From NCBI GenBank assembly GCA_964367575.1, contig CAYIYF010000001.1, positions 1-33,785 on the forward strand: DNA of 33,785 nt, read 5' to 3'. This document shows positions 22,208 to 30,816 of the stretch, piece by piece; the stretch's first letter is position 1; each line of letters starts with the position of its first letter. The stretch comes from Candidatus Woesearchaeota archaeon. Its GTDB lineage: Archaea; Nanobdellota; Nanobdellia; SCGC-AAA011-G17; UBA489. Below the pieces are notes generated by a model, which made no database searches, had not been told where the DNA came from, and was given only the letters and a program-made list of their open reading frames with translations. A program made the position numbers and the translations under genes.

Positions 22208-25200
22208 TTTCTGGCCATAAAAAAAGAATAAGTGAGATTTTTGTATTCACTTTCATTTTAGCAATCTTGACTTTTAGTGCACAAGCAGCAACATTTGCAA
22301 CAACAACGCAAAGTAATTTCAATGAAGGAACTTACGTAAGAACATTCTACAATACTTCAGGGTTTGTACAGCTTAATACCAGCCAGACAACTGGCGGATA
22401 TACAAGCAAGATATTTGATGCTGGAGCCACAGCAAACTGGAGCTCAATTTCATTTGTACCAGGTTCATGTTATGGATGCGAATTATTAAATGACAATGCC
22501 GTTGAAAATGGATTTGCCAACAATACAAACATGACAAGAAATGTTTTGCTTCTTCACTTCAACAATGAAAATGGAGAGAACGCAACATTCTTTAAAGATT
22601 GGTCAGGACTAGGAAATAATGGAACTTGCTCTGGAACAACTTGCCCAAGCCTTAGCACAACTGCAAAATTTAACAAGTCATATGACTTTGATGGCACTAA
22701 TGACCGCATTAATTTCAGCAACCCACAAACTTTGAAAAATTATGGAAACCAGATAACACTTGAAGCATGGGTAAGGCCTGACTCTTTCACTAACACTCCA
22801 AGCATTATTGAAAAAAGCTATCAAAATCAATTTGCGCTATATTTTAGAAGCTCTCCGCGGGTACTTCGTGTTGATTTGGTCAATTCTTCTGGAAAAAGCC
22901 AAATTACTGGAGCTGCAATTCACAGTACTGGAAACTGGTACCATATTGCCTTCACTTATAATGGCTCTGAAATGAGACTATATTCTAACGGCTTGCTGGA
23001 TGGCTCTCCTGTTCTTGCAAGTGGGAATATTAACGGCAGCACAAATGACCTGCTCATTGGCGCAGGGTGGGAAGGAAACACCATCACTTATTTCTTCAAC
23101 GGTCGTATTGAGGAAGTTGCAGTATACAACAGAAGTCTGCTTCAAGATGAAATAAAAGGTCATTACTTGCGTGGAATATTATCATTGAACATGAGCGTAA
23201 GAAGCTGCGACGACGCCGTGTGCTCTGGCGAAAGTTTTGTCTTATTAAATTCTACCCCTTCACAAAATCTTTCTGTTGCAAACAACAAATACTTTCAGTA
23301 TGCCGTCAACTTCACCACGCAAAATGTTTCATATACGCCAGAATTCCACAGCAACAACATAAACTATGCAGTAATCAATCAAAATTCAACTGTTGTTCTT
23401 AATGCGCCTTCCAATGGGAGCGTAACAACAGATAACCATACCTTTCTTAATTTTACCATCTATGACAATGACTTGCACAACATGACTGTATGGTTGTATG
23501 GGGATGGAGCTTTGCTCAATACTCTTTATAACAACACAAATGCTACAGAAATAACCTATAACTGGACGAACCTGAATAATGGATTACATAACTGGAGCGT
23601 TGTTGTCAATGATGGTTTTGATAATTCTTCAAGTGCTATGCATCAGCTTACTGTTAATTACCTCGCACCAAACACCAATTCCAGCATCAGCATCAACAGT
23701 CCTGCGAACAATAGCATTTTGATTATAAACTCCTCCTTCCTTAATGCAAGCGTTTATGACATTGATTTGAATACAATTAACGTGTCTCTTTATGGCAATG
23801 ACGCATTGCTCCAGAGTTTTGTTGACAAAACAAACGGAAGCGAAGTAACGTACAACTGGACGAACCTGAACAATGGGGCATATAATTGGAGCGTGACCGC
23901 GAACGACGGCAACAGCACTACAACCGTGGTTTCATTCTTCACAATAAACTATACTGCACCAAACAATGCCCCTGAAGTTCAATTGAACAGTCCAACAAAT
24001 GGTGCGAACATCACAACAAATTCAGCAGCATTGAATGCAAGCGTTTATGACCAAAACTTGAACAACATGACTGTATGGTTCTATGGTGATGGCAGCGTGC
24101 TAACAAGCACTAGTGGAAACACAAATGGAACAAATGTCAATTACAACTGGACTTCACTGAGTGACGGGGTACATAACTGGAGCGTTGTTGTAAATGATGG
24201 ATTCATCAATGCCTCTAGTGCAACGTACAGCTTCCTGATTAACACAACTGTACCAAACACTGTGCCAAGTATAACCTTGAATGCTCCAGCAAACAACAGT
24301 GCGCTCACTGTTAACAGCACGCTTCTCAATGCAACAGTGTATGACAATGAATTGAACAACATGACTGTATGGTTCTATGGTGATGGCAGCGTGCTGAATA
24401 TTAATTATAATGTCACGAATGCGACACAGACAACTTACAACTGGACGAACCTGAACAATTCTATCCATACATGGTATATTGTTTCATATGATGGGGCTGC
24501 AAATACAACAAGCATCACCTATCAGTTTCTTGTCAATGTAACAGAACCTCCAGCACAACAAAGCGGAAGCACAGATGCTTCAAATGATAACTTCAACGGA
24601 AATAGCAATGATGATTCCACTGACGAAAGTTCTGATGAAAACAATGCCCCCCAAGCTGCGAAGCCTCCTGCAAAGAAACCAGCGACAACAGCCAAAAAGG
24701 CATCTACAGCATTATTTGACATTGCCTTCCATGTCGACCAGAAATCAAAAGAAGTTATGTCTGGAACTGAGATATTGACGACTGTAAGCCTGATTAACTT
24801 TGGTGAGCCTGGGAAGGTTGTCACAACCGTTGTCTATGTGATCAAGAATGGTGCTGGAGAAGTTGTTTATGAGCTTTCTGAGCAAGTGCCTGTTGAAACG
24901 CAAAATGAGTTTGTCAAATCAATTGCGATACCAAGAGAACTGGAAGAAGGAGTTTATACTATTGGCGTAACTTTGAAGTACGGAGAAGGGCAGGAAGCAT
25001 ATTCTGAGGATACTTTTACCATTGTTAAACCTGAAGCTGAAAAGAAATCATTTGCTGTGCTGTGGAAAGCAATATCGATTGTTGGCATAATATTAACTGT
25101 CTCGCTGCTAATTTATATTGTGGTAAACAACAGAGTTATACCAAGATTTGTCAATAAGATTAAATCAAGAAAGTTCTTGCCAAGGAAGAGCATTACTGAG

Positions 25201-25587
25201 GAAACAATAAAGCCTCAAAAAAAGAAACTTGCTGCATCAGACAACATAAGCAGCGAACCATACTATAAGCATGATGAGAATAACAGGCTTAACAACTATA
25301 AACCTGTTGTTATAAACAAAGAGACTGTAAGGCAAAGACTTGAAAGATTGCAAGAGCAGAATTTCAGGAGAACCTTGGAGCATAGAAGGAAAGGAGGATT
25401 TGCAGAGCCTGTGAAGCACGTTGAAACCTACTTGTATCCTCATGACAAGGAGACTGTGAGGGCAAGGCTTGAAAGGATGAGGGAAAAAACCAAAGGCTAC
25501 AAGCCTCTTGTAAAAGAAACTATCAAAAAAGAAAATTTTAAGAAAGAACCGCCTAAGAATATAGGAGATTTGGGGTTAGATGACTAA
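22204..25587 (+). CDS. large type I membrane surface glycoprotein/adhesin: signal peptide, LamG-like domain, four ~97-aa tandem repeats, acidic/basic linker, beta-sandwich domain, TM helix, basic cytoplasmic tail
   Basis: The track start at 22168 is TTG; the ATG at 22204 gives MISGHKKRISEIFVFTFILAILTFSAQA. The LamG/ConA-like core is LTLEAWVRPDSF...NWYHIAFTYNGSEMRLYSNG...FNGRIEEVAVYNRSL. TM helix AISIVGIILTVSLLIYIVV. N-x-S/T sequons occur throughout. Confidence 0.75.
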   Translation: MISGHKKRISEIFVFTFILAILTFSAQAATFATTTQSNFNEGTYVRTFYNTSGFVQLNTSQTTGGYTSKIFDAGATANWSSISFVPGSCYGCELLNDNAVENGFANNTNMTRNVLLLHFNNENGENATFFKDWSGLGNNGTCSGTTCPSLSTTAKFNKSYDFDGTNDRINFSNPQTLKNYGNQITLEAWVRPDSFTNTPSIIEKSYQNQFALYFRSSPRVLRVDLVNSSGKSQITGAAIHSTGNWYHIAFTYNGSEMRLYSNGLLDGSPVLASGNINGSTNDLLIGAGWEGNTITYFFNGRIEEVAVYNRSLLQDEIKGHYLRGILSLNMSVRSCDDAVCSGESFVLLNSTPSQNLSVANNKYFQYAVNFTTQNVSYTPEFHSNNINYAVINQNSTVVLNAPSNGSVTTDNHTFLNFTIYDNDLHNMTVWLYGDGALLNTLYNNTNATEITYNWTNLNNGLHNWSVVVNDGFDNSSSAMHQLTVNYLAPNTNSSISINSPANNSILIINSSFLNASVYDIDLNTINVSLYGNDALLQSFVDKTNGSEVTYNWTNLNNGAYNWSVTANDGNSTTTVVSFFTINYTAPNNAPEVQLNSPTNGANITTNSAALNASVYDQNLNNMTVWFYGDGSVLTSTSGNTNGTNVNYNWTSLSDGVHNWSVVVNDGFINASSATYSFLINTTVPNTVPSITLNAPANNSALTVNSTLLNATVYDNELNNMTVWFYGDGSVLNINYNVTNATQTTYNWTNLNNSIHTWYIVSYDGAANTTSITYQFLVNVTEPPAQQSGSTDASNDNFNGNSNDDSTDESSDENNAPQAAKPPAKKPATTAKKASTALFDIAFHVDQKSKEVMSGTEILTTVSLINFGEPGKVVTTVVYVIKNGAGEVVYELSEQVPVETQNEFVKSIAIPRELEEGVYTIGVTLKYGEGQEAYSEDTFTIVKPEAEKKSFAVLWKAISIVGIILTVSLLIYIVVNNRVIPRFVNKIKSRKFLPRKSITEETIKPQKKKLAASDNISSEPYYKHDENNRLNNYKPVVINKETVRQRLERLQEQNFRRTLEHRRKGGFAEPVKHVETYLYPHDKETVRARLERMREKTKGYKPLVKETIKKENFKKEPPKNIGDLGLDD
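23390..24550 (+). repeat. four in-frame tandem coding repeats of 291-294 bp
   Basis: Repeat starts (LNAPSNGS / INSPANNS / LNSPTNGA / LNAPANNS) lie at about 23398, 23692, 23983 and 24277. Repeats 3 and 4 share near-identical DNA around aacaacatgactgtatggttctatggtgatggcagcgtgct. Confidence 0.8.
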
Positions 25588-25964
25588 ACATTAATTTTTT
25601 CTTTATAATTCAGAGGAAGAATCAACCTATGCAAAACAGCAAATTCTAAACCTTCATAAGTAAATCTCGTTATATTTTCTAAAGATTTTTCTTTGTTCAA
25701 CAGTGCACCTTTAGGAATTTTTAAGTTAAGCCTGTATTTCTCCATTAATTTTTGCTCGAAAGCAGCTGCTTGATATATCACTGTTAAAGAGTCAACAGAT
25801 TCCGCTCTTGGAGAGTAACCTGTATGGGGCATTGAAGGCTCCCATGAAAAAGAATCCTCTGGAAGCTTTTTTATATTTCTAGCACATTCCAAGCTTTCAC
25901 ATAAAACAGATCCAAGAGTTCCAAACTGGAATAAGGTCTCATTTGCTATGTTAATTTGGTGCAT
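25584..25964 (-). CDS. hypothetical protein
   Basis: 126-aa ORF with no recognisable motif. Its stop overlaps the stop of the convergent adhesin gene by 4 nt. Confidence 0.35.
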   Translation of the reverse strand: MHQINIANETLFQFGTLGSVLCESLECARNIKKLPEDSFSWEPSMPHTGYSPRAESVDSLTVIYQAAAFEQKLMEKYRLNLKIPKGALLNKEKSLENITRFTYEGLEFAVLHRLILPLNYKEKINV

Positions 25965-26099
25965 TTAATATTAGTAACTAAGATGGCTATAAAGTTATGT
26001 TGAGTAAATTGATGTTGATGGATGATATGTGACTTTTAAGCAAGATTTGAAAAGAATTCTGATAGAAAACTATATATAATCTCTTTATATCTTTAGGTT

Positions 26100-26519
26100 A
26101 TGCACATGCATTCAGATCCGATGATAGACCAAATGAGGATGGAATTGACTTCACTTGGCATAAAAGAACTAAGAACGCCTAAAGAGGTGGATAATGAGCT
26201 TTTAAACAAGAAAGGAACGCTTTTGATTGTTGTAAATTCTGTATGCGGGTGTGCTGCAGGGAATGCAAGGCCTGCTGTAAAGATGGCCCTAAAGAATGCT
26301 AAACTTCCAAAAAGATTGACGACTGTTTTTGCTGGCCAAGATGCTGATGCAACTGCCAAAGCTAGATCTTATTTTTCAGAGTATCCCCCTAGTTCTCCAA
26401 GCATGGCTTTGTTTAAAGATGGCAAGCCTGTTTTTATGCTTCCAAGAGACAGGATAGAAGGAAGGGATGCTGTTGACATTTCAAAGGATTTAGTTGAGAG
26501 TTTTAATAAATTCTGCTGA
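26100..26519 (+). CDS. BrxA/BrxB (YphP/YqiW, DUF1094)-type bacilliredoxin-like thiol oxidoreductase
   Basis: LLIVVNSVCGCAAGNARPAV carries the CGC active-site context of this family. The size and the C-terminal ...PSSPSMALFKDGKPV...RIEGRD... also fit. Confidence 0.7.
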   Translation: MHMHSDPMIDQMRMELTSLGIKELRTPKEVDNELLNKKGTLLIVVNSVCGCAAGNARPAVKMALKNAKLPKRLTTVFAGQDADATAKARSYFSEYPPSSPSMALFKDGKPVFMLPRDRIEGRDAVDISKDLVESFNKFC

Positions 26520-26570
26520 GAAAAATTACTAGACTAATTCGGTAGGTATATAAATGTCTTAATTCTATGT

Positions 26571-26750
26571 ATGGTAATGGGAAAAAAGGAAAAGTTCAAT
26601 TCTAAAAAAACAGCATTAATTCTTATTTTAATGTGGATAATTTACATTATCATGGGTGGTTTTTACACTCGCTATGGTGAACATGTTTTTTGGATTTTTA
26701 TTATAATTAATATTCTTTATCTATATAAAGTATTTTTTCAAAAAAAGTAA
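26571..26750 (+). CDS. small two-TM membrane protein
   Basis: Hand translation: MVMGKKEKFNSKKTALILILMWIIYIIMGGFYTRYGEHVFWIFIIINILYLYKVFFQKK* (start at 26571 or 26577). Confidence 0.35.
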   Translation: MVMGKKEKFNSKKTALILILMWIIYIIMGGFYTRYGEHVFWIFIIINILYLYKVFFQKK

Positions 26751-26810
26751 TATCTAAAAAATCATCTCCTTATTTGATTTAGTGCACTAGCGCATCGTAC
26801 TTAGAATAAC

Positions 26811-26944
26811 TGCGAGGGGAAGGATTTGAACCTTCGGAGGCACTAAGCCACAGGATTTCTTACCTTCTGGTCTTAAGTTTGACAATCCTCAAAGATATAC
26901 CTTACAGGATTCCTGCCCAATTGACCAGACTATGGGACCCCCGC
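26811..26944 (-). tRNA. tRNA-Leu(UAA) with two introns (26879..26911, 33 nt; 26857..26871, 15 nt) flanking a 7-nt micro-exon (26872..26878)
   Basis: Hand fold of the minus strand: acceptor GCGGGGG/CCCTCGC, Leu-type D-arm CCA-TAGTCTGGTCAAT-TGG, long variable arm TGGCTTAGTGCCTCC, T-arm GAAGG-TTCAAAT-CCTTC. The total of 134 nt equals an 86-nt mature tRNA plus 33 plus 15. Splicing gives the anticodon arm CAGGA-CTTAAGA-TCCTG. Both introns sit in BHB motifs (details in findings). Confidence 0.65.
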
Positions 26945-26970
26945 ATCTCTAGAAAGCTCTGATTATTTCA

Positions 26971-26978
26971 TTTAAAAG
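26971..26978 (-). promoter_or_regulatory. TATA-like box for tRNA-Leu
   Basis: CTTTTAAA (minus strand), centred about 27-30 nt upstream of the tRNA 5' end at 26944. Confidence 0.4.
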
Positions 26979-27018
26979 TGTTAGGTTTAGCCAAAGTAAT
27001 CAAAAAAAATAGAATTAG

Positions 27019-27234
27019 CTAGGATATGCAAGTTCCACGGCAATTACTCGTTTTATTACACGTGCAGATGCCAATTTTCTTTTCCTTTACTTGACCATTG
27101 AGAACATATAAAGAAGAACCAGAACTGGTGGATTTGGAAGCACCATAAGAAGTGTCATCTTGAGATGTATAACTAGAACTTTCTGATTGTACATAACTAG
27201 ATTGCTTATTGTATTTTGCCATTTTGATTAACAT
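27019..27234 (-). CDS. Ser-rich small protein with a Cys/Thr-rich C-terminus
   Basis: MLIKMAKYNKQSSYVQSESSSYTSQDDTSYGASKSTSSGSSLYVLNGQVKEKKIGICTCNKTSNCRGTCIS. An alternative start at 27222 gives MAKYNK. The low-complexity composition lowers coding confidence. Confidence 0.3.
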   Translation of the reverse strand: MLIKMAKYNKQSSYVQSESSSYTSQDDTSYGASKSTSSGSSLYVLNGQVKEKKIGICTCNKTSNCRGTCIS

Positions 27235-27311
27235 ATGTTATGTTTCAAATAGTTATAACATTTTTGGTTTTATAAATAGAAAGTGTTTATAAGATAAAAC
27301 CACTCTTTTTG

Positions 27312-28529
27312 ATGAGAAAAAAGATGACAAAATTAAAAAGAGAGTTAAATCTTTGGCAAGTCACTGTTGCCGGTATTGGAATAATTCTTGGCGCAGGAAT
27401 TTATGCCCTGATTGGCGTTGCTGCCAATGATTCTGGAAATGCAATCTGGCTCGCATTTTTAATTTCTGCTGTTGTTGCGGCATTTACTGGATTAAGCTAT
27501 GCTGAACTTTCATCCATGTTCAAGGGAGATGCAGGGGAATATGACTATATACATTCTGCCTTCAACAAAAAAATTGCTTATTTTGGAAGCCTTGCAATTA
27601 TTTTTGCCGGTATTGTCAGTGCTGCTACAGTTTCAATTGGTTTTGCTGGTTACTTTACAAGCATATTTAATGTTTCACTCTTGATTGCTGCAATTGGCCT
27701 TGTTATTCTGATGACATTGATTAATTTTATTGGAATAAAACAATCTGCGCAATTTAACACAATTTCAACATTCATTGAGTTTGCAGGTTTATTGCTTGTC
27801 ATATTCATCGGAGCAAAGAAGATAGGAAGCGTAGACTACTTGGTTATGCCTGCCGGCATGTCTGGAGTGTTTAGTGCTGCTGCTTTAGTTTTCTTTGCGT
27901 ACATGGGTTTTGAGAGCATTGTTAAGCTGGCAGAAGAAACAAAGAATCCAGAGAAGACCATACCAAAGGCCATTGTGTATTCTGTCATAATAACTACACT
28001 AATTTATATTTTAGTATCAATTGCTGCCGTGAGTGTTCTGGACTGGCAAGAATTAGGGCATTCAACTGCTCCTTTAGCTAGTGTAGTTGCATCATCACTT
28101 GGTCCTCTTGCTTTTGTAATTGTTGGTATTATTGCCTTGTTCTCAACTTCGAATACTGTATTGATTACACTTGTGACAACTTCGCGAATGATATATGGAA
28201 TGGCAAAAGAGAATACTATGCCAAAGATTTTTTCTTATATTCATAAAAGAACACAAACCCCTTGGGTTGCCATATTCTTCCTTGCTGCGACAACCATTGC
28301 ATTCCTTTTTACTGAGAACCTTGAATTCTTAGCGAACCTGACAACGTTGTTTCTGTTTATAATTTTTGCACTTGCAAACTTAAGCATGCTTATCTTGAGG
28401 TACACAATGAAAGAAAAGAAGAGAGGATTTTACTGCCCTGGAAACATTGGAAGATTTTCCGTTGTTGCGCTGCTTGGATTCTTGACTTCAGTGTTCATGC
28501 TTTACTTTTCTGTTGTCAATTTAATGTGA
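27312..28529 (+). CDS. APC-superfamily amino acid/polyamine transporter
   Basis: Roughly 12 hydrophobic segments. N-terminal LWQVTVAGIGIILGAGIYALIG and AYMGFESIVKLAEETKNPEKTIPKAI are typical of APC permeases. The track start at 27309 is TTG; the first ATG is at 27312. Confidence 0.8.
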   Translation: MRKKMTKLKRELNLWQVTVAGIGIILGAGIYALIGVAANDSGNAIWLAFLISAVVAAFTGLSYAELSSMFKGDAGEYDYIHSAFNKKIAYFGSLAIIFAGIVSAATVSIGFAGYFTSIFNVSLLIAAIGLVILMTLINFIGIKQSAQFNTISTFIEFAGLLLVIFIGAKKIGSVDYLVMPAGMSGVFSAAALVFFAYMGFESIVKLAEETKNPEKTIPKAIVYSVIITTLIYILVSIAAVSVLDWQELGHSTAPLASVVASSLGPLAFVIVGIIALFSTSNTVLITLVTTSRMIYGMAKENTMPKIFSYIHKRTQTPWVAIFFLAATTIAFLFTENLEFLANLTTLFLFIIFALANLSMLILRYTMKEKKRGFYCPGNIGRFSVVALLGFLTSVFMLYFSVVNLM

Positions 28530-29055
28530 ATTCTTCAATTGTCTTGTAGAATGGACCATCCGGCGTCAAGGTTGATTCCTTAAGCCAGAATTTGTCAATA
28601 AAAAATTCAATTTTTTTTGTTTTATTCTTGGTTGGATAGTCGAGAAGCTTCTGCCTATGCTCAAGGCCTTTTATTCTGGCAATTGTGACGTGGCTTGCAA
28701 ACTCCATTTTTTCTTTAGGAAAAACCTTTGAAAGAGTTTCATCTATCTCTTTTTTTAGGTCGTGTATCTCCTGGGCATTTATGCTAATCCAAAATATTCT
28801 TGGAGTCTTTGTATTAAATATTCCCAAACTGCCGAGACTTGCCTTAAATTTTCTTAGCTTTATTTCATTCAATAGCAATTTAACTTTTTCAATTTGCGCA
28901 TTGCTTATCTCTCCCAAAAACTTCAACGTGAGATGCAGATTTTCTTCTTTCGCAAAACTGCCATGGAATAAATTTTTAGATTCCAAATCAGACTGGATAT
29001 TCTTAATTTCTGCTGTAACTTCTTTTGGAAGCTCAATGGAAATAAAACACCTCAT
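28516..29055 (-). CDS. thpR: RNA 2',3'-cyclic phosphodiesterase (2H family, ThpR/LigT)
   Basis: Two H-x-T-x motifs: HLTLKFLGE and SHVTIARI. The 179-aa size is typical. Confidence 0.8.
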   Translation of the reverse strand: MRCFISIELPKEVTAEIKNIQSDLESKNLFHGSFAKEENLHLTLKFLGEISNAQIEKVKLLLNEIKLRKFKASLGSLGIFNTKTPRIFWISINAQEIHDLKKEIDETLSKVFPKEKMEFASHVTIARIKGLEHRQKLLDYPTKNKTKKIEFFIDKFWLKESTLTPDGPFYKTIEEFTLN

Positions 29056-29169
29056 TTATCCTCCTATTAATTTTTTGTGCTATAACAAATTTAATGCGCG
29101 TTAATCTTATGCCTGCTGCAGGGCAAATAGATTTAAAAGCATATATTATTACAAAATGAGTTGATATTT

Positions 29170-30795
29170 ATGACAACATTTACCATGATGGCCTCAACAA
29201 TAGCGATCCTAGCACTTGCAATGGCATCACATGCTGCTTTGACAGGTCAGCTTATTACGCAAAAACATAGCCAGCTAGAGTGGTCTACCTTTCTTGGCGG
29301 GAATGAATATGATTTTCCAATGCAAATGGCATATCATCCCTCAGGCGACATTATCATCACAGGACAAACAAAATCCTTGGATTTCCCAGTCACACCAGAT
29401 GCATACCAACAGCAATATGCTGGAGGCGGTTTTGATATATTCTTGGCACGTCTCAGTGCTGATGGAACCCAACTGCTATATGCCACGTACTTTGGCGGGT
29501 CTGGCGGCGACACAGTAACCTCAATTGCCTTATCAGAAACAGGAGAAATTGTCATTGGTGGAAAAACATTATCTACCGACTTTCCGACAACAACCAATGC
29601 ATTTTCAATGGCACTAGATGACTCAGGCTGCGGCGGAGGTGATGCTTTTGTTTCGCGTTTCAGTGAAGATGGAAAAATACTGCTGTCATCAACATTTCTA
29701 GGCGCAGAAAATTCAGATGTCATCCAAGAGATTATTATCGACCAAAATAACAATGCTATTGCAACTGGTGATACTGCGTCTGCAAATTTTCCAATAACAC
29801 CTGGAAGTTACAGTTCAACGATACAAGGACCAGCCACATGCCCTGGAACATTCGGATGCCAAAAACCATGCCTTGAGGGATTTGTCACAATAGTTTCTCC
29901 AGATGCAACACAAGTTCTAGCGTCAACATTTTTTGGAGGATCCAATGCAGAACTGACAACCACGATGACACAGAATATTGATGGCGAAATTATCATTGCA
30001 GGACAGACAACATCTCCGGACTTTCCGACAACACCAAATGCTTTTGACACAACATACAATGATCCTTCTGATTTGGCTGACGGATTTATCTCTGCATTGT
30101 CATCTGACTTAACACAATTGCAATGGTCCACGTTCCTTGGAGGAAATGGGGTAGTACAATCACCATTTGCAGGACAGGATACCGTCTATGACATCGCTAC
30201 AGACACAAGAGGCAATATCATTGCAACAGGATGGACAACATCTCCGGACTTTCCGACAACACCAAATGCTTTTGACACCACATTTAACAGCGAGTGCAAT
30301 CAGATGCTCTGCTTTGGCGATGCCTTTGTAACAAAGCTAAACAATGAGGCCACAGCGTTAATATCATCTTCATTTTTTGGAGGCAAGAATGATGAAATTG
30401 CAGTGACCATATCAAATAATGACCTTGACCAAATTACCATAGCAGGACCAACATTGTCATCAAACATTCCTACAACAGTAAATGCTTATGATTCTATTTT
30501 TAATGGGCCATCAACAACATCTGATGGATTCATAGCAAGATTCAATGCGCGAACGAACAAACTGCTCTTTTCAACATACATTGGCGGAGATGATGGCATT
30601 GGAACAGATACCATAAAGGACATAGCAAAAGGAGAAGATGACTCCTTAATAGCCATGGGAGCAACATGGGCCCAAGATTTCCCTACAACTGCTAATGCAT
30701 ATGATACGACACTGGGCCAGCAATTCTCTGACGCTTTCGTCACGAAACTAACTATAGAACCGTCTTATGTAATCATACAAAAAGAAAAACACTAA
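29170..30795 (+). CDS. secreted SBBP-type beta-propeller repeat protein
   Basis: The track start at 29161 is TTG; the ATG at 29170 gives MTTFTMMASTIAILALAMASHAA. About eight repeats follow, of the form WSTFLGG...(D/T)...I.I.G.T.S.DFPTT.NAFDT...DAFV.KL. Confidence 0.75.
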   Translation: MTTFTMMASTIAILALAMASHAALTGQLITQKHSQLEWSTFLGGNEYDFPMQMAYHPSGDIIITGQTKSLDFPVTPDAYQQQYAGGGFDIFLARLSADGTQLLYATYFGGSGGDTVTSIALSETGEIVIGGKTLSTDFPTTTNAFSMALDDSGCGGGDAFVSRFSEDGKILLSSTFLGAENSDVIQEIIIDQNNNAIATGDTASANFPITPGSYSSTIQGPATCPGTFGCQKPCLEGFVTIVSPDATQVLASTFFGGSNAELTTTMTQNIDGEIIIAGQTTSPDFPTTPNAFDTTYNDPSDLADGFISALSSDLTQLQWSTFLGGNGVVQSPFAGQDTVYDIATDTRGNIIATGWTTSPDFPTTPNAFDTTFNSECNQMLCFGDAFVTKLNNEATALISSSFFGGKNDEIAVTISNNDLDQITIAGPTLSSNIPTTVNAYDSIFNGPSTTSDGFIARFNARTNKLLFSTYIGGDDGIGTDTIKDIAKGEDDSLIAMGATWAQDFPTTANAYDTTLGQQFSDAFVTKLTIEPSYVIIQKEKH

Positions 30796-30816
30796 CTAGA
30801 TGTTTTTCAATGTAAG

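Noticed and set aside
23390-24550. Regular ~292-bp periodicity checked as a possible CRISPR or satellite array
   Set aside because: The repeats are in-frame protein-coding domain repeats inside one long ORF, with no short direct repeats or spacers. No CRISPR array was seen anywhere in the window.
26011-26065. Possible C/D-box sRNA (GGATGATA ... CTGA) in the divergent intergenic region
   Set aside because: The C box is imperfect (UGAUAU instead of UGAUGA) and no C'/D' boxes or terminal stem are present. The region is needed for two divergent promoters.
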